A stretch of 64,000 bases of DNA, taken from positions 6,133 through 70,132 of the forward strand of contig CAWJZC010000014.1 in assembly GCA_963847195.1 (NCBI GenBank), given 5' to 3'. A program made the translations under genes and the position numbers. Position 1 is the stretch's first letter. Each line of letters opens with the position of its first letter. Below, one piece after another: positions 1-10,784 of the stretch. The notes under the pieces were generated by a model, which saw only the letters and a list, made by a program, of their open reading frames with translations, did not search any database and had not been told where the DNA came from. The stretch is from an uncultured Chloroflexia bacterium (lineage in GTDB: Bacteria > Chloroflexota > Chloroflexia > Thermomicrobiales > JALYUS01).

Positions 1-1063
1 CACCAACCCCTTCTCCTCGTTTTCGAGCCAGGAGCCGCAGGGGATGAAGACCGCCTTGTTCTTCAGCCACTCCGCCTGCGATTCGGTGTGCGTCAACCCC
101 TCGGTGCCGGGCAGGAGGTAGCCCTTGTCCGCCAGTTGGTAGAGCGCATCCACGGCGTTCTTCACCTCGGGTTGCCGCCAGGCGTTCGGTTCCAGATTAT
201 CGATCTTCGCGATCGCCTGGATGCCGCCCTGCTTGAAGACCATCTGGTCCATGACCATCGTCATGTACTGCGGATACTTGCCCTGATACGCCCAGGGCGC
301 GATGCCCGCCGCCTTGATCTTCTCGCAGAGCGCGAGCATGGAGTCCCACGTCTTGGGGTACTCCCAGCCGTTCTTCTTCATCAGCGCGTCGCTGTACCAG
401 ATGCCGTAGACACTGAGGACGTAGTTCAGCACGAACTGCTTGCCGTCGTACACTCCGTCGCCCTGCGAGTTCGGCAGGAGCGAATCCTTGAAGGTCTTGC
501 CGGGTGTGTCGAAGGAGGGCGCGCTCATCAGATCGGCGAAATCGGCCAGTTGCCCTTCGGCGACGAGGGCGGCGGTATCGAGGTTGCCCGCGCCGGAGTT
601 GTCGATGATGTCCGGCGGGTTGCCGCCGACGAAGCGGGGTTGCGAATTGCTCGGCGAGGCGCTGGATGCCCTGGTGACCGACTTTCGCCTTCGGGAACGC
701 CGCCGCGAAGATCTTCTCGGCGTTGATCGCGTAATCATCCCCATAGCCGCCCTTGAAAATCACGACATCCAGGGGCGCGTCTTCCTTCACCTTCAGTGGA
801 TTCTTCGCGTCCCCGGTGGGCAGGGTGACGGCGCCGGATGCGGGCGCGCCCGCGACAGTCGAACCCGATGCCGTGGTTGCTGCGGGCACCGCAGATGCCG
901 CACCCGTTGTCGCCACCGGTGCGCTCGTACCCGAGGGCCTCGGCGCTTCCGTTGCCTTGTCACTGCCGCCACAGGCTGCGAGAATTGCCGTGCTCGCCGC
1001 GCCGCCCGCCGCCGCGAGGATCTGTCGCCGGGTCCATCCCGTGCGCTGCCGCCGGTCCGCCAT
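1..1063 (-). CDS. Carbohydrate ABC transporter substrate-binding lipoprotein. The C-terminus runs off the window start and there is one frame break near 650.
   Basis: ORF 197..1063 starts MADRRQRTGWTRRQILAAAGGAASTAILAAC (twin-Arg signal plus lipobox Cys), then DVVIFKGGYGDDYAINAEKIF. Below about 650 the sensible reading (QPRFVGGNPPDIIDNSGAGNL ... SQAEWLKNKAVFIPCGSWLENEEKGLV) is in another minus frame and reaches position 1. Confidence 0.75.
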
Positions 1064-1239
1064 GTCGGGCTCCCTTCCATTTCGACAGAGATCTGCGCCC
1101 CATGGTAGGTGTCACTGGTCTACCATCCGGTGGCACCTACCCCGGTCATGCCAAGGCGCGAAATCTATGCACGACCTGATGATGCATCCATCGCGAGTGT
1201 AAGCCGCACGAACACAGTTTGCAACCAAGGGGATTCCGG

Positions 1240-2639
1240 GGAAGCGTCTCATAGGTGATCGGTTGCCGAGGAAGGAGAAGGAGCCATACTTTCCCGCACT
1301 GGCTGACACCCATTGCACGGAAAGAGGCTCCCATGCAGCTGATGATACCACTGCCGCTCATCGTCCCCGACATCCCGCTCCCCCTCGATCAGTTGGAGGA
1401 GCGGTGCATGCGCGGGGGCTGGCGGTCCAGCAAGCGCCCTCGCGCTCGCCTGGCAGGCGCAGGCTGCGCTGCGCTCCCCGGTCGGCTGCCGCACATGCCC
1501 CGCCGCACGGCAGCAGCGGCGGGCAGTCGCGTCGACGGTCGAGACTCGGTTCGGCCCGGTGCGGTTACGACGGGCGCGGGTGCGCTGCCAGGGATGCGGG
1601 CGGCATTTCCAGCCCGATGACGCTGCCCTCGACGCGACCCTCGGCGCCGGACGCTGCACGCCGCTGCTGCAGGCGTTGGCGGCGCAGTGCGGGGCGAGTT
1701 GGCCGTATCGGCAGGCGGCAGTGGTCATCGGGATGCTGCGCGGGGTGCCGCTCGCGGTCGAGACGGTCCGACGCATCGTTGCCCGGGCGGGTGGTGGGGT
1801 GCGTGCGCAATATGACCGTGAGGCAACTGCCGCCTGTCGGCCACCGGCGACCGCTCCCGCATCGGCACCCCGCCCGCCCACGTCGAGGTCGTCCTCGATG
1901 GCGGATGGGTGCGCAGCCGGGATAACGCGCAGGGGATGGAGATCAAGGTCGGCGTCGTCCATATCGGCAGTGAGCGGTGCAGCGCGACCCGCACGCGCCT
2001 GACCGAACGCCGCTATGCGGCGACCACGGCAGGGGTAACACCCTTCGGGGCGCACATCACGGCGGCGATCACGGCGGTGGACGGTTTTGCCACCGCCGAC
2101 CAGACCGTGCTCGGTGATGGCGCGGCATCGGGTGCCCTTGGGCAGTTGGCGATTGGGCACCGATCTGTTGCCGACAGCGACTCAGGTGTCGGATCGTTGG
2201 CATCTGCGCGATGGCCGGCGGCGCGCGACGCGGGCGGCGATCCCCGACAAGGTGATCCGCCAGCCGTGGAGCGTGCAACTGGAGGAGGCGTTCGATATCG
2301 GTGCGGTGACGAGCGCATTGCTGGTGCTGACGGAGATGATGCGGCAGTATCCCCATCCGGCGCTCGGGGAGTTCGCCGGATATCGTGCGCAACCATGCCG
2401 GGCGGATTCCCGACTATGCGGCGCGGCAGGAGGCAGGGCGGACGATTGGCAGCGGGGCGGTGGAAAAGGGGGTGGATGTCGTGGTGAACCGGCGTCCGAA
2501 GGGGCGACGGGGGATGCGCTGGTGGCGAGAGCGGGCGAGCGGGGTGGTCGCCTTGCGGCTGGCGATCCTCAATGACGAGTGAGAGCAGCGCATCGCTGCC
2601 GCACGCGCAGTTTGAACCGATCACCTATGAGACGCTTCC
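1240..2639 (+). mobile_element. 1.4-kb insertion sequence (ISKra4-like) with perfect 25-bp terminal inverted repeats
   Basis: GGAAGCGTCTCATAGGTGATCGGTT at 1240..1264 is the exact reverse complement of 2615..2639. The interval holds only transposase-like reading frames. No flanking target-site duplication was visible. Confidence 0.8.
1333..2582 (+). pseudogene. DDE transposase (ISKra4-like), split over three frames by at least 4 frame breaks
   Basis: Fragments seen: RARVRCQGCGRHFQPDDAALD (CxxC), GMEIKVGVVHIG, TVLGDGAA, DRWHLRD. The C-terminal RTIGSGAVEKGVDVVVNRRPKGRRGMRWWRERASGVVALRLAILNDE ends at 2582. The family call is from memory of ISKra4-type transposases. Confidence 0.7.
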
Positions 2640-2656
2640 GTCAATCGACCCCCATA

Positions 2657-2685
2657 TTGGCACCGGTCTTGCAACCTTCTATAAT
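2657..2685 (+). promoter_or_regulatory. Sigma70-type promoter candidate TTGGCA-N17-TATAAT upstream of the sensor kinase
   Basis: TTGGCA at 2657..2662, a 17-nt spacer, then TATAAT at 2680..2685. It lies 18 nt beyond the right IS end and about 155 nt upstream of the kinase ATG. Confidence 0.4.
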
Positions 2686-2840
2686 GCCCGTTGGATGGGA
2701 GTATTTTTTGTGCCTGCGATCGCGAGTACCGGCGACTCCCACTCTCGTATCCTCATGCCGGTTGCCTCGATGCATGGTCGCGTGCTTGTGTCGTCGAGCA
2801 TCGAGTCCGGCGCAGGTCGTCAGCGGGGCGCGGAGGTGGT

Positions 2841-5281
2841 ATGACGATAGAGCAGGGGGACGAGCGCCTCCTTACGTTGCATGGCGCGACGCCGCCCGAT
2901 GATCGGGCGGGGTATCCACGACCCCTCGCCGGCGGCGAGATGGGCGAATACAGGTACCTGAGCGACCTGTTCATGCAAGCCCCCGCCATGATCGCAGTGT
3001 TGCGCGGGCCGCAGCATGTCTTCGAACTCGCGAATCCCTTGTATATGCGGGCTGTCGGTGCGCGGCGAGAGATCGTCGGGAAGCCCGTGCGCGATGCCCT
3101 CCCGGAGATCCGAGGCCAGGGACTGTTCGAACTGCTCGACGCCGTCTACCGGACCGGCGAACCGTATCTCGGTGATGAGATCCCGGTACACCTGGATCGC
3201 AAGGGGACCGGCCGCCTCGAGGAGGTCTTCTTCAACTTCGCCTATCTGCCCTACAGAGATGCCGCTGGGGGGACGCAAGGCATTTTCGTCCATGCCGTGG
3301 ATGTGACCGGCCAGGTGCGCGCCAGGCGCCGCGTGGAGGAGCAGAATCGGGTCCTGGAGATGATCACGCAGGGGACACCGCTCGTCGATGCGCTGGATTT
3401 CCTGGTGCGGAGCCTGGAACGGCAATCCGCGGACGGGATGCGGGGGTCGATCCTGCTGCTCGATAGCGACCGGGCGCATCTCCGGCATGGCGCGGCGCCG
3501 AGCCTCCCCGATGCGTATAACGCCGCCATCGACGGCATCGCGATCGGGCCGAACGTCGGCTCCTGCGGCACGGCGGCCTATACCAAGGCGCCGGTCATCG
3601 TCGCGGATATCGCCACCGATCCCTTATGGGCGGACTTCAGGGATCTGGCATCCGCGCACGGCCTGCGGTCGTGCTGGTCGACGCCGATCTTCTCCGCGAC
3701 CGGCGACGTGCTCGGCACCTTCGCGATGTACTACGACGAACTGCGGGAACCGAGCGAAGAGGACCGGCAGCTCATCGCGTTCGCCACGCGCACGACCGCG
3801 CTGCTGATCGAGCGCAAGCGGGCCGAAGAAGCGGTCCACGACGAGCGAGCGACGCTTCCGCGCGATGATCGACGCGCTCCCGGCGGCGATCTACACGACC
3901 GACGCCGAAGGGCGGCTCACGCACTTCAACCCGGCCGCCGTCGCGTTCTCCGGGCGCGTGCCGGAGCTGGGCACCGACCATTGGTGTGTCACCTGGAAGC
4001 TCTACTATCCCGATGGGACGCCGATGCCGCACGACGAGTGCCCGATGGCCATCGCGCTCAAGGAGGGCCGCATCATCACCGGCGCGGAAGCGATCGCCGA
4101 GCGGCCCGACGGCACGCGCGTCTGGTTCACCCCCTATCCGACGCCGCTGCGCGATGCCGAGGGCCGGATCGTCGGGGGCATCAACATGCTGGTGGACATC
4201 ACCGAACGCAAGCAGGCGGAGGAGGCGCGCGCCCGGCTCGCCGCCATCGTCGAGTCGTCGGACGACGCCATCATCAGCAAAGACCTGAATGGGGTCATCG
4301 CCAGTTGGAACAAGGGCGCGGAACGGCTCTTCGGGTACACGGCGGCGGAGGCGGTGGGCAGATCGATCATGATGCTCATCCCCCCCGACCGCCACGATGA
4401 GGAGCCCGAGATCCTCGGGCGCATCCGGCGCGGGCGAACGCATCGACCACTATCGAGACGGTGCGACGCCGCAAGGACGGGACGCTGCTCGACATCTCGC
4501 TCACGGTCTCCCCCGTCGTGGATAGCCGGGGAGCGATCGTGGGCGCGTCGAAGATTGCCCGCGATATCACCGAGCGACGGGCGCTGGAGCGGCAGAAGGA
4601 TGAGTTCCTCGGCATCGCCGCCCACGAGCTCAGGACGCCGGTCACGGGCATCAAGGGCTATACCCAACTGCTGGCCCGGCGCCTCCGTCGCGCGGGCGAC
4701 ACCGCCTCGGCCGAGATGCTCGGCAAGCTGGACCGGCAGATCGACCGGCTGACGGGGCTGATCGACGACCTGCTCGACGTCGCGCGCATCGAGGGCGGCG
4801 AGTTGCCCTTCCGGCCCGCCCCATTCGAGCTCAATGCGTTCGTTCGTGAGATCGTCGAGGAGATGCAACAGACGACGGAACGGCACACCATCGCCTGGGA
4901 ACTCGACGAGAGCGTCACCCTCGTCGCGGACCGCGACCGGATCGGGCAGGTGCTGACGAATCTGCTCAGCAACGCGATCAAGTATTCCCCCCAGGCGGAC
5001 CGCGTCGTCGTGCGGACGACGCGCGATGGGGAGAACGTCATCGTCTCCGTCCGAGGATTTCGGCATCGGCATCCCGCGGGAGAAGCAGGCGCACCTCTTC
5101 GAGCGCTTCTATCGCGTGGACGGGGAGAGCCCGCGCGGGTTTTTCGGGGCTGGGGCTGGGGCTCTACATCGCGGCGGAGTTCGTCAAGCGGCACGGCGGG
5201 ACGATCTGGGTGGAGAGCGAGGAGGATGAGGGCACGACGGTCCGCTTCTCCCTGCCGCTCAATGGCCTATCATGGCGATAA
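2841..5281 (+). CDS. Multi-PAS/GAF sensor histidine kinase (at least 5 frame breaks as assembled)
   Basis: ATG at 2841 follows GGAGGTGG. Domains seen: a PAS-like N-terminus, GAF (GSILLLDSDRAHLRHGAAPSLPDAY..GSCGTAAY) and further PAS modules (LFGYTAAEAVGRSI). Kinase motifs: H-box GIAAHELRTPVTGIKGY, N-box LTNLLSNAIKYS, G-boxes DFGIGIP and GLGLYIA. Frame breaks lie near 3840, 4433, 4452, 5050 and 5150. Confidence 0.8.
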
Positions 5282-5305
5282 GGAGCACGAGGCGGGGGGG
5301 GCGGC

Positions 5306-5687
5306 GTGATCCGGGGGACGCAACGCATCCTGGTGGCCGAGGATGACCAGGTCGTGCTCGACGTGTTGCGGCTGATCCTCGAAGAGGAGGGCTACGCGGT
5401 GGAGGCCATCGCGGACGAGGCGACGCTGCGTGCGTTCCCGCACGGCTATCCCGACCTCTTGCTCCTGGACATCTGGATGTCCGGCTGGGACGGTGGCGAC
5501 TCTCTGCCGCGAGTTGAAGCGCGGGGAGAAGACACGCGGGATCCCCATCCTGCTCTGCTCGGCGAATCGAGGCGGGGAGCGCATCGCGCGGGAGGCGGGC
5601 GCCGACGGATTTATCGCCAAGCCGTTTGATATGGACGATCTCCTTGCAGCGGTCGCGCGGCATCTCCGCGCACGAGCCCGATCATGA
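5306..5687 (+). CDS. Response regulator receiver-domain protein (one frame break near 5490)
   Basis: RILVAEDDQVVLDVLRLILEEEGY..DLLLLDIWM, then in another frame LCRELKRGEKTRGIPILLCSA..ADGFIAKPFDMDDLLAAV. It lies directly downstream of the kinase. Confidence 0.8.
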
Positions 5688-6000
5688 GGCACAATCACCG
5701 GTCATCGTATGTACACCCTTGAAGGCGTGCGCTCAGGCCCAAACGTCGATGGACGCGTGGCCACGTGCGTAGTGCAGCAGTGATCCGCTGTGCTTGAATT
5801 CGGTGGCCGCCTCGGCGGGGCGTGGCTCCCGCTCGTGCGGCCGTACACCGCCGACCAGCTCGCCGGGGCGATCGACGCCGTGCTGCCCCGCCCGCCCGGC
5901 GATTGAGGGCAGGGCCCGTGGCAGCGGTCTTGCTGGCGTCGCCATCGGCCGGGCGCCGCTGGGCGTCCGGGAAGGTGTATCTCACGAAAGGGTCTCATTC

Positions 6001-6240
6001 ATGGAAAGCATTCAGGGCAAGGGGAACGCCGTCGCCAATCAGCAGCAAGTGGTGAGCAAGGCCGCGTATGGCCTGTACGCGGCGTCAATCGTCTCGGTCC
6101 TGCTGTCGCTCGTCATGTGGTTCATCCCGGCCACCGACGAGGCGAAGAAGGCGCGTGGGGAGCGGCTGGCGATCTTCGTCGGGCTGTGGCCGCCGACGCT
6201 GGCGATCTTCGGCAAGGTGGTCGAGGACCGGGGGCGGTAG
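6001..6240 (+). CDS. Small hypothetical membrane protein (79 aa)
   Basis: MESIQGKGNAVANQQQVV.. with two hydrophobic segments (AAYGLYAASIVSVLLSLVMWFI and LAIFVGLWPPTLAIFG). A hairpin follows it. No family recognised. Confidence 0.45.
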   Translation: MESIQGKGNAVANQQQVVSKAAYGLYAASIVSVLLSLVMWFIPATDEAKKARGERLAIFVGLWPPTLAIFGKVVEDRGR

Positions 6241-6271
6241 GGCAAGAGCGTCCAGTAGGCTTCGATGCGAT

Positions 6272-6312
6272 AAGAAAGGGAGGATGCGCGATACCGCACC
6301 CTCCCTTTCTTT
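6272..6312 (+). terminator. Hairpin terminator candidate after the small membrane-protein gene
   Basis: AAGAAAGGGAGG (6272..6283) pairs with CCTCCCTTTCTT (6300..6311) around a 16-nt loop. The T-rich run is part of the descending arm. Confidence 0.5.
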
Positions 6313-6584
6313 GTCGGCATCGCAACGCACGTGAAAGGTTGCGATCAGACTCCTAGAGGCGCAACACAGACACAAGCCCAAATACACTCCTTTTCGCTAC
6401 AATCCTGAACGCTGTTCAGCATAGCCCATGCTGCCTGTATCCCGCGTTTCGTTACCCGTCTCGTTATCAGTCGCTCGTCTACTCGGGGTACTATCGAGTT
6501 TTGAGACTGCCCCTCGCGGGAAAGAGAATGGACTATGCGTTTTGGCGTGTATATGGCAGAACCCTATCACGATAGAGCAGTCGA

Positions 6585-7376
6585 TCATCGCCCGGTGAAT
6601 GACGGGCGCGCCTTCTCCATGAATGCCTCGTAGAAGAGGCGGTGATCCTCGCCCATCAGGAGGAGGGCCTGCGCCTGCGCCTCGGCCTCGATGGCGGCGA
6701 GCAGGTCCATGTTCCACTCGTTGGTGACCATCCGCTTCGTCATCGAGAGGGCGAGCGTCGGCCCCTTCGCCAGCCGCTCCGCCCACTGATAGGCGGTGGG
6801 CAGCAGGTCGGCGGCGGGGAGGACGCGATTGAAGAGGCCGTAGCGCTCGGCGGTGGCGGCGTCGATGCTGTCGCCGAAGAGGAGCAGTTCGAGCGCGCGC
6901 CCCTGCCCGACGACGCGGGGCAGCAGGTAGGCCGCGCCCATGTCCGCCCCGGTCAGCCCGACGCGCGTGAAGAGGAAGGCGATGCGCGCCCGCTCGGCGG
7001 CGAGGCGGAGGTCCGAGGCGAGGGCGATCACCGCGCCCGCGCCCGCCGTCGTGCCGTTCAGGGCGGCGATGATCGGCTTGTCTAAGAGCCGCATGTTCGC
7101 GACGACCGCGCCCGTCATCCGCGTGAACTCCAGATGCGCCTTCATATCCCGCTTCAGCAAGTCGCCGATGATCTCATGCACATCGCCGCCGGAGCAGAAG
7201 CCGTCGCCGCTGCCGGTGAGGACGAGCACTTTCACGTCATCGTCGTAGCGCAGCGCTTCGAGCAGATCGCGGAACTGCGCGTAGATGGCGAAGGTGAGCG
7301 CGTTGAGCACCTCGGGCCGGTCGAAGGTGACGGTCGCGATGCCGTCCTTGACCGTGTACTGGAAGTCGTAGTCCAT
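6585..7376 (-). CDS. Enoyl-CoA hydratase/isomerase (crotonase) family protein
   Basis: MDYDFQYTVKDGIATVTFDRPEVLNALT..VLVLTGSGDGFCSGGDV..IIAALNGTTAGAGAVIAL. AGGAGGG precedes the ATG at 7376. Confidence 0.9.
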   Translation of the reverse strand: MDYDFQYTVKDGIATVTFDRPEVLNALTFAIYAQFRDLLEALRYDDDVKVLVLTGSGDGFCSGGDVHEIIGDLLKRDMKAHLEFTRMTGAVVANMRLLDKPIIAALNGTTAGAGAVIALASDLRLAAERARIAFLFTRVGLTGADMGAAYLLPRVVGQGRALELLLFGDSIDAATAERYGLFNRVLPAADLLPTAYQWAERLAKGPTLALSMTKRMVTNEWNMDLLAAIEAEAQAQALLLMGEDHRLFYEAFMEKARPSFTGR

Positions 7377-7431
7377 TGCCCTCCTCGTACCGTGCGCGGG
7401 CGCTCCCGTACGAGGCATTGGCCTGCGCTCG

Positions 7432-9605
7432 TTATCGGCCTTGCGGTTGCGGCGGGTGAACAGGCAGAGATCGGCGCGCCCGGCGGCGAGCAGGGTGTTC
7501 GCCTGCCCGGTCGTCGTCGTGTAGGCGGTCGCGAGCGTCGGGATACCCGCCTCGTTGCGGATGATGTCGCTGTACCCGGCGAACGCCTCGAAATCGTAGA
7601 CAGGGTGCGCGGCAATCGTCGTCTGCCCGGCATGGGCGGCGATCAGGTCGCAGCCGTGCTCCTTCAGCGTGCGGGCAATCGCGACCGCGTCCGCGCATGT
7701 CGTTGCCGCCCTTCGCCCAATCGGTCGCGGAGAGGGCGACGGCGAGCGGCTTCTCGGCGGGCCAGACGGCGCGGACGGCATCGAAGACGGCGAGCGGGAA
7801 GCGCAGACGGTTTTCCAACGGGCCGCCGTACTCGTCCTCGCGCCGGTTCGTCAGCGGCGAGAGGAAACCGGCGAGCAGGTAGCCGTGCGCCATGTTCAGA
7901 TGCAGCAAGTCGAAACCGGCCTCCGCGCCGCGACGCGCCGCCGCGACGAACGCCGCGCAGACCTGCTCCATCTCGGCGCACTCCATCGCGCGGGGCGTCT
8001 GATTGGCGCGGCTGTAGGGGATGGCGGAGGCGGCGATGAGCGGCCAGTTCCCGTCGCGGAGCGGCCTGTCGAGCCCTTCCGTGCGCGGCCGCGTCGAACC
8101 GCGCCGCCCGGCATGGTTGAGATGCAGCGCGATCTTCGCAGGCGTTTCGGCATGAACCGCCGCGACGATCCGCTGCCCAGGCATCCGCGTGGCCCGATTC
8201 GTAGAGCCCAACATCCCCCGGCGTAATCCGCCCGTCCGCCGTGACCGCGACCGGTTCGGTGACGACGAGCCCCGCGCCGCCGCTTGCGCGCGACAGGATC
8301 GTCGCCGCGTGACGTTCGTTCGGCAGGCCGTCCGTCGCGTCATAGGCCGACGACGGGCGCGAAGACGGCGCGGTTTGCCAGCGTCATATCCCGCAAGCGG
8401 AGCGGCGTGAAGACGGCGGGGGGCGAGACGAGCGCGGGAGCGGGCGGAACATCGCCGTTCGCTTCCCGCGCGGCGGTCTGGAACCAGCGGTCGACGCCGC
8501 CGATGAAGCACGGGGTCGCGCTGCCGGAGGCTGTCGTAGGTGATCCGACCGCTGCGGGTGAGCAGATTGACGGCGAACTGCATCGGCGCGAGGTGGCCGT
8601 ACCGCGCGACATTCTCGAAATAGCGCTGGCTCTCCGCCGCCGCCCGCTGGACCGATTCGACGCGCGGCTTGCGACCGAGCGCATAGACGCGGAGGGCGGT
8701 CGGCACATCGCGCGTGCTGCTCGAAGGCCGTCGCGAGGGCGATGGCGTCCTCCATCGCCAGTTTCGTCCCGGAGCCGATCGAGAAGTGGGCGGTGTGCGC
8801 CGCGTCGCCGAGCAGGACGATATTCTCGTGCGACCAGCGCGCGTGCCGGAGCGTGAGGAACTTCAGCCAGTGCGAGCGGTTCGAGCGGAGACGGCGCCCG
8901 CCGAGGTGGTCGGCGAATAATGCCTCGCAGAAGGCGACGCTCGCCGCCTCGTCCGTCTCGGTCAGGCCCGCGCGCTGCCACGTCTCCTCCGTACACTCCA
9001 CGATGAAGGTGCCCATCGTCGCGTCGAAGGGGTAGGCGTGGACCTGGAAGAGGCCGTGCTCGCTCTCTTTGAAGATGAAGGTGAAGGCATCGTAGAGCTT
9101 GTCCGTGCCGAACCAGATGAAGCGCGTCGCGCCCTGCGCGCGTCTGCGGCCGGAAGGCGTCGGCGTGCCGCTGGCGCGTCAGGCTGTTCACGCCATCCGC
9201 CGCGATCAGCAGGTCGGCGTCGGCGCGGAGCGTATCCGGGTCGTCGATCACCGTCTCGAAATGGAGATCGACGCCGAGGGCGATGCACCGCCGCTGGAGG
9301 ATGTCGAGCAGATGGCGGCGCGCGATGCCCGCGAAGGCGTGCCCCTCGCAGCGGATCACTTCGCCCTTGACATGGACATCAATCGCGTCCCAGAGGACGA
9401 AGGCGTCGGTGATCTCCCGGTAGGTCGTCGGGTCCGCCTCGCGTAGCGCGGTCAGCGTCCGGTCTGAGAAGACGACGCCCCAGCCGTACGTCGCGCCCGC
9501 CGGATTCCGCTCGAAGAGGGCAATCTCCCACGCAGGATGCCCCTGCTTGAGCAGCAGACTCGCATACAGCCCCGCCGGCCCGCCCCCGAGCACCCGCACC
9601 TTCAT
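7432..9605 (-). CDS. Bifunctional FAD monooxygenase / Old-Yellow-Enzyme-like reductase of the salicylyl-CoA 5-hydroxylase / 2-aminobenzoyl-CoA monooxygenase-reductase type (at least 5 frame breaks)
   Basis: N-terminus MKVRVLGGGPAGLY (GxGxxG), then LIAADGVNS and LLGDAAHTAHFSIGSGTKLAMEDA. OYE-like part: FTPLRLRDMTLANRAV, LHLNHAGRRGS, FDLLHLNMAHGYLLAGFLSPLTNRREDEYGG, GRADLCLF. The pieces lie in all three minus frames, with breaks near 9150, 8705, 8515, 8345 and 7700. The 3' end is uncertain. Confidence 0.75.
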
Positions 9606-9630
9606 CAGCGTGCCACCGGAGAAACCGTTT

Positions 9631-9772
9631 GAACCACAGAGACACAGAGCGCACAGAGAAAGACAAAGAGATTATGATGAGACCGTGGCGTGAGCATCGG
9701 CTGAAACGTACGTATCTCTCATTCTCTCTTCTTCTCCGTGTCTCCTCTGTGCCCTCTGTGTCTCTGTGGTTC
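9631..9772. repeat. Stuttered-arm palindromic repeat element (copy A1)
   Basis: The left arm GAACCACAGAGACACAGAGCGCACAGAGAAAGACAAAGAG (9631..9670) is mirrored imperfectly by ..CTCTGTGCCCTCTGTGTCTCTGTGGTTC, which ends at 9772. The outer terminus CCGGCTTCATCC (9777..9788) contains the TGA stop of the LLM gene. Confidence 0.8.
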
Positions 9773-9782
9773 ATATCCGGCT

Positions 9783-10626
9783 TCATCCTAAGACATCAGC
9801 GAGGCGGTCGAGTTGGTCGAGGTGCGCGGTGGTCGGGAAGAGGACGAGGTGATCGCAGCCCGCCTCGGCGTAGCCACGGATGAACTGGGCGATCGATTGC
9901 GGCGTGGTCAGCAGCCCGGCGGCGATCCGCTCGGCGAAGGGGCCGGCGAAGGCGTAGTAATCGAGCAGGTAGCGCGTGCCCGCCTCCGCTTCCGTCGCAC
10001 CGAGGGCGTAGTAGCCCATCGCCCAGAGACGTGGACGGCCCGGTCTGCCCGCGTCGGTCCAGGCGGCGCGCGCCTTGTCGGCGGCGGCGGCGAAGGCGCG
10101 GGGTGGGCCGCCGCCGTGGATGTAGCCGTCCGCATAGCGGGCGGCGCGGGCGTACGCGCTATCGCTCAGGCCACCGACGAGTAGTTCCGGCCCGCCTGGC
10201 TGCACGGGGCACGGGCCGACGTGTTTCGTCTTCCCACTGGGTGCGCAGCGCTGCCAGTTGCTCGCTCAGACGGCGACCTCGCGCGTGGTAGTCAACCCCA
10301 GCGGCATCGTAGTCGTCCTTCCGTGCGCCGAGGGCGACGCCGAGCGTCAGGCGGCCATTGGAGAGCGCGTCGATAGTCGCCGCCGCCTTGGCGAGCAGCG
10401 CGTCGTTCTGCACCGGGCCGATCATCACCGTCGTCGCGAGGCGGATGCGCGTCGTCAGTCCGGCGGCCATCGCCAGCGTCGCGAGGGCGTCGTAACTGTT
10501 GTAGACAAGCCGGTCGAAGACGCCGAGGCTGGCGAACGGCCCCCGGTCCGCCCGGCACGCCCACTCGCGGAGCAGATCGCCCGTCGCCCCCTTCAGCGTA
10601 TTCGGCAGCCCAATCCCGACATCCAT
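9783..10626 (-). CDS. LLM-class (luciferase-like) flavin/F420-dependent oxidoreductase (one frame break near 10200)
   Basis: MDVGIGLPNTLKGATGDLLREWA..LATLAMAAGLTTRIRLATTVM..LSNGRLTLGVALG, then in another frame ..GGPELLVGGLSDSAYARAARYADGYI..CDHLVLFP. Confidence 0.8.
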
Positions 10627-10640
10627 TACTTACTCCTTTT

Positions 10641-10784
10641 GAAGCCGGGGAGAACCGCAAAGAGCGCAAAGAACGCAGAGGTCGCAAAGAACTTACAACG
10701 GGATGACAAATTCGATCTCTCTCATCTCTTCTCTCTCTTTGCGTTCTCTGTGTCCTTTGCGTCTTTGCGGTTCTCCCCGGCTTC
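10641..10784. repeat. Stuttered-arm palindromic repeat element (copy A2)
   Basis: GAAGCCGGGGAGAACCGCAAAGAGCGCAAAGAACGCAGAG .. CTCTTTGCGTTCTCTGTGTCCTTTGCGTCTTTGCGGTTCTCCCCGGCTTC. The terminus CCGGCTTCATCC (10777..10788) contains the TGA stop of the ligase gene. Confidence 0.8.

Noticed and set aside
1107-1144. Inverted repeat GGTAGGTG..CACCTACC upstream of the ABC substrate-binding gene, as a sugar-regulator operator
   Set aside because: It is plausible, but only a single imperfect palindrome with no regulator gene in the window. There is not enough support to list it as a feature.
5790-5905. Short plus-strand reading ..LPLVRPYTADQLAGAIDAVLPRPPGD resembling the C-terminal helix of a receiver domain
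   Set aside because: Only about 40 codons lie between stops, and there is no upstream receiver sequence. At most it is a gene remnant, too weak to call.
9631-10784. Possible CRISPR array suggested by repeated CACAGAG/CGCAAAG-type units
   Set aside because: The units are 7-9 nt stutters forming the two arms of palindromes. They are not direct repeats of about 30 nt separated by unique spacers, and no cas genes are present.
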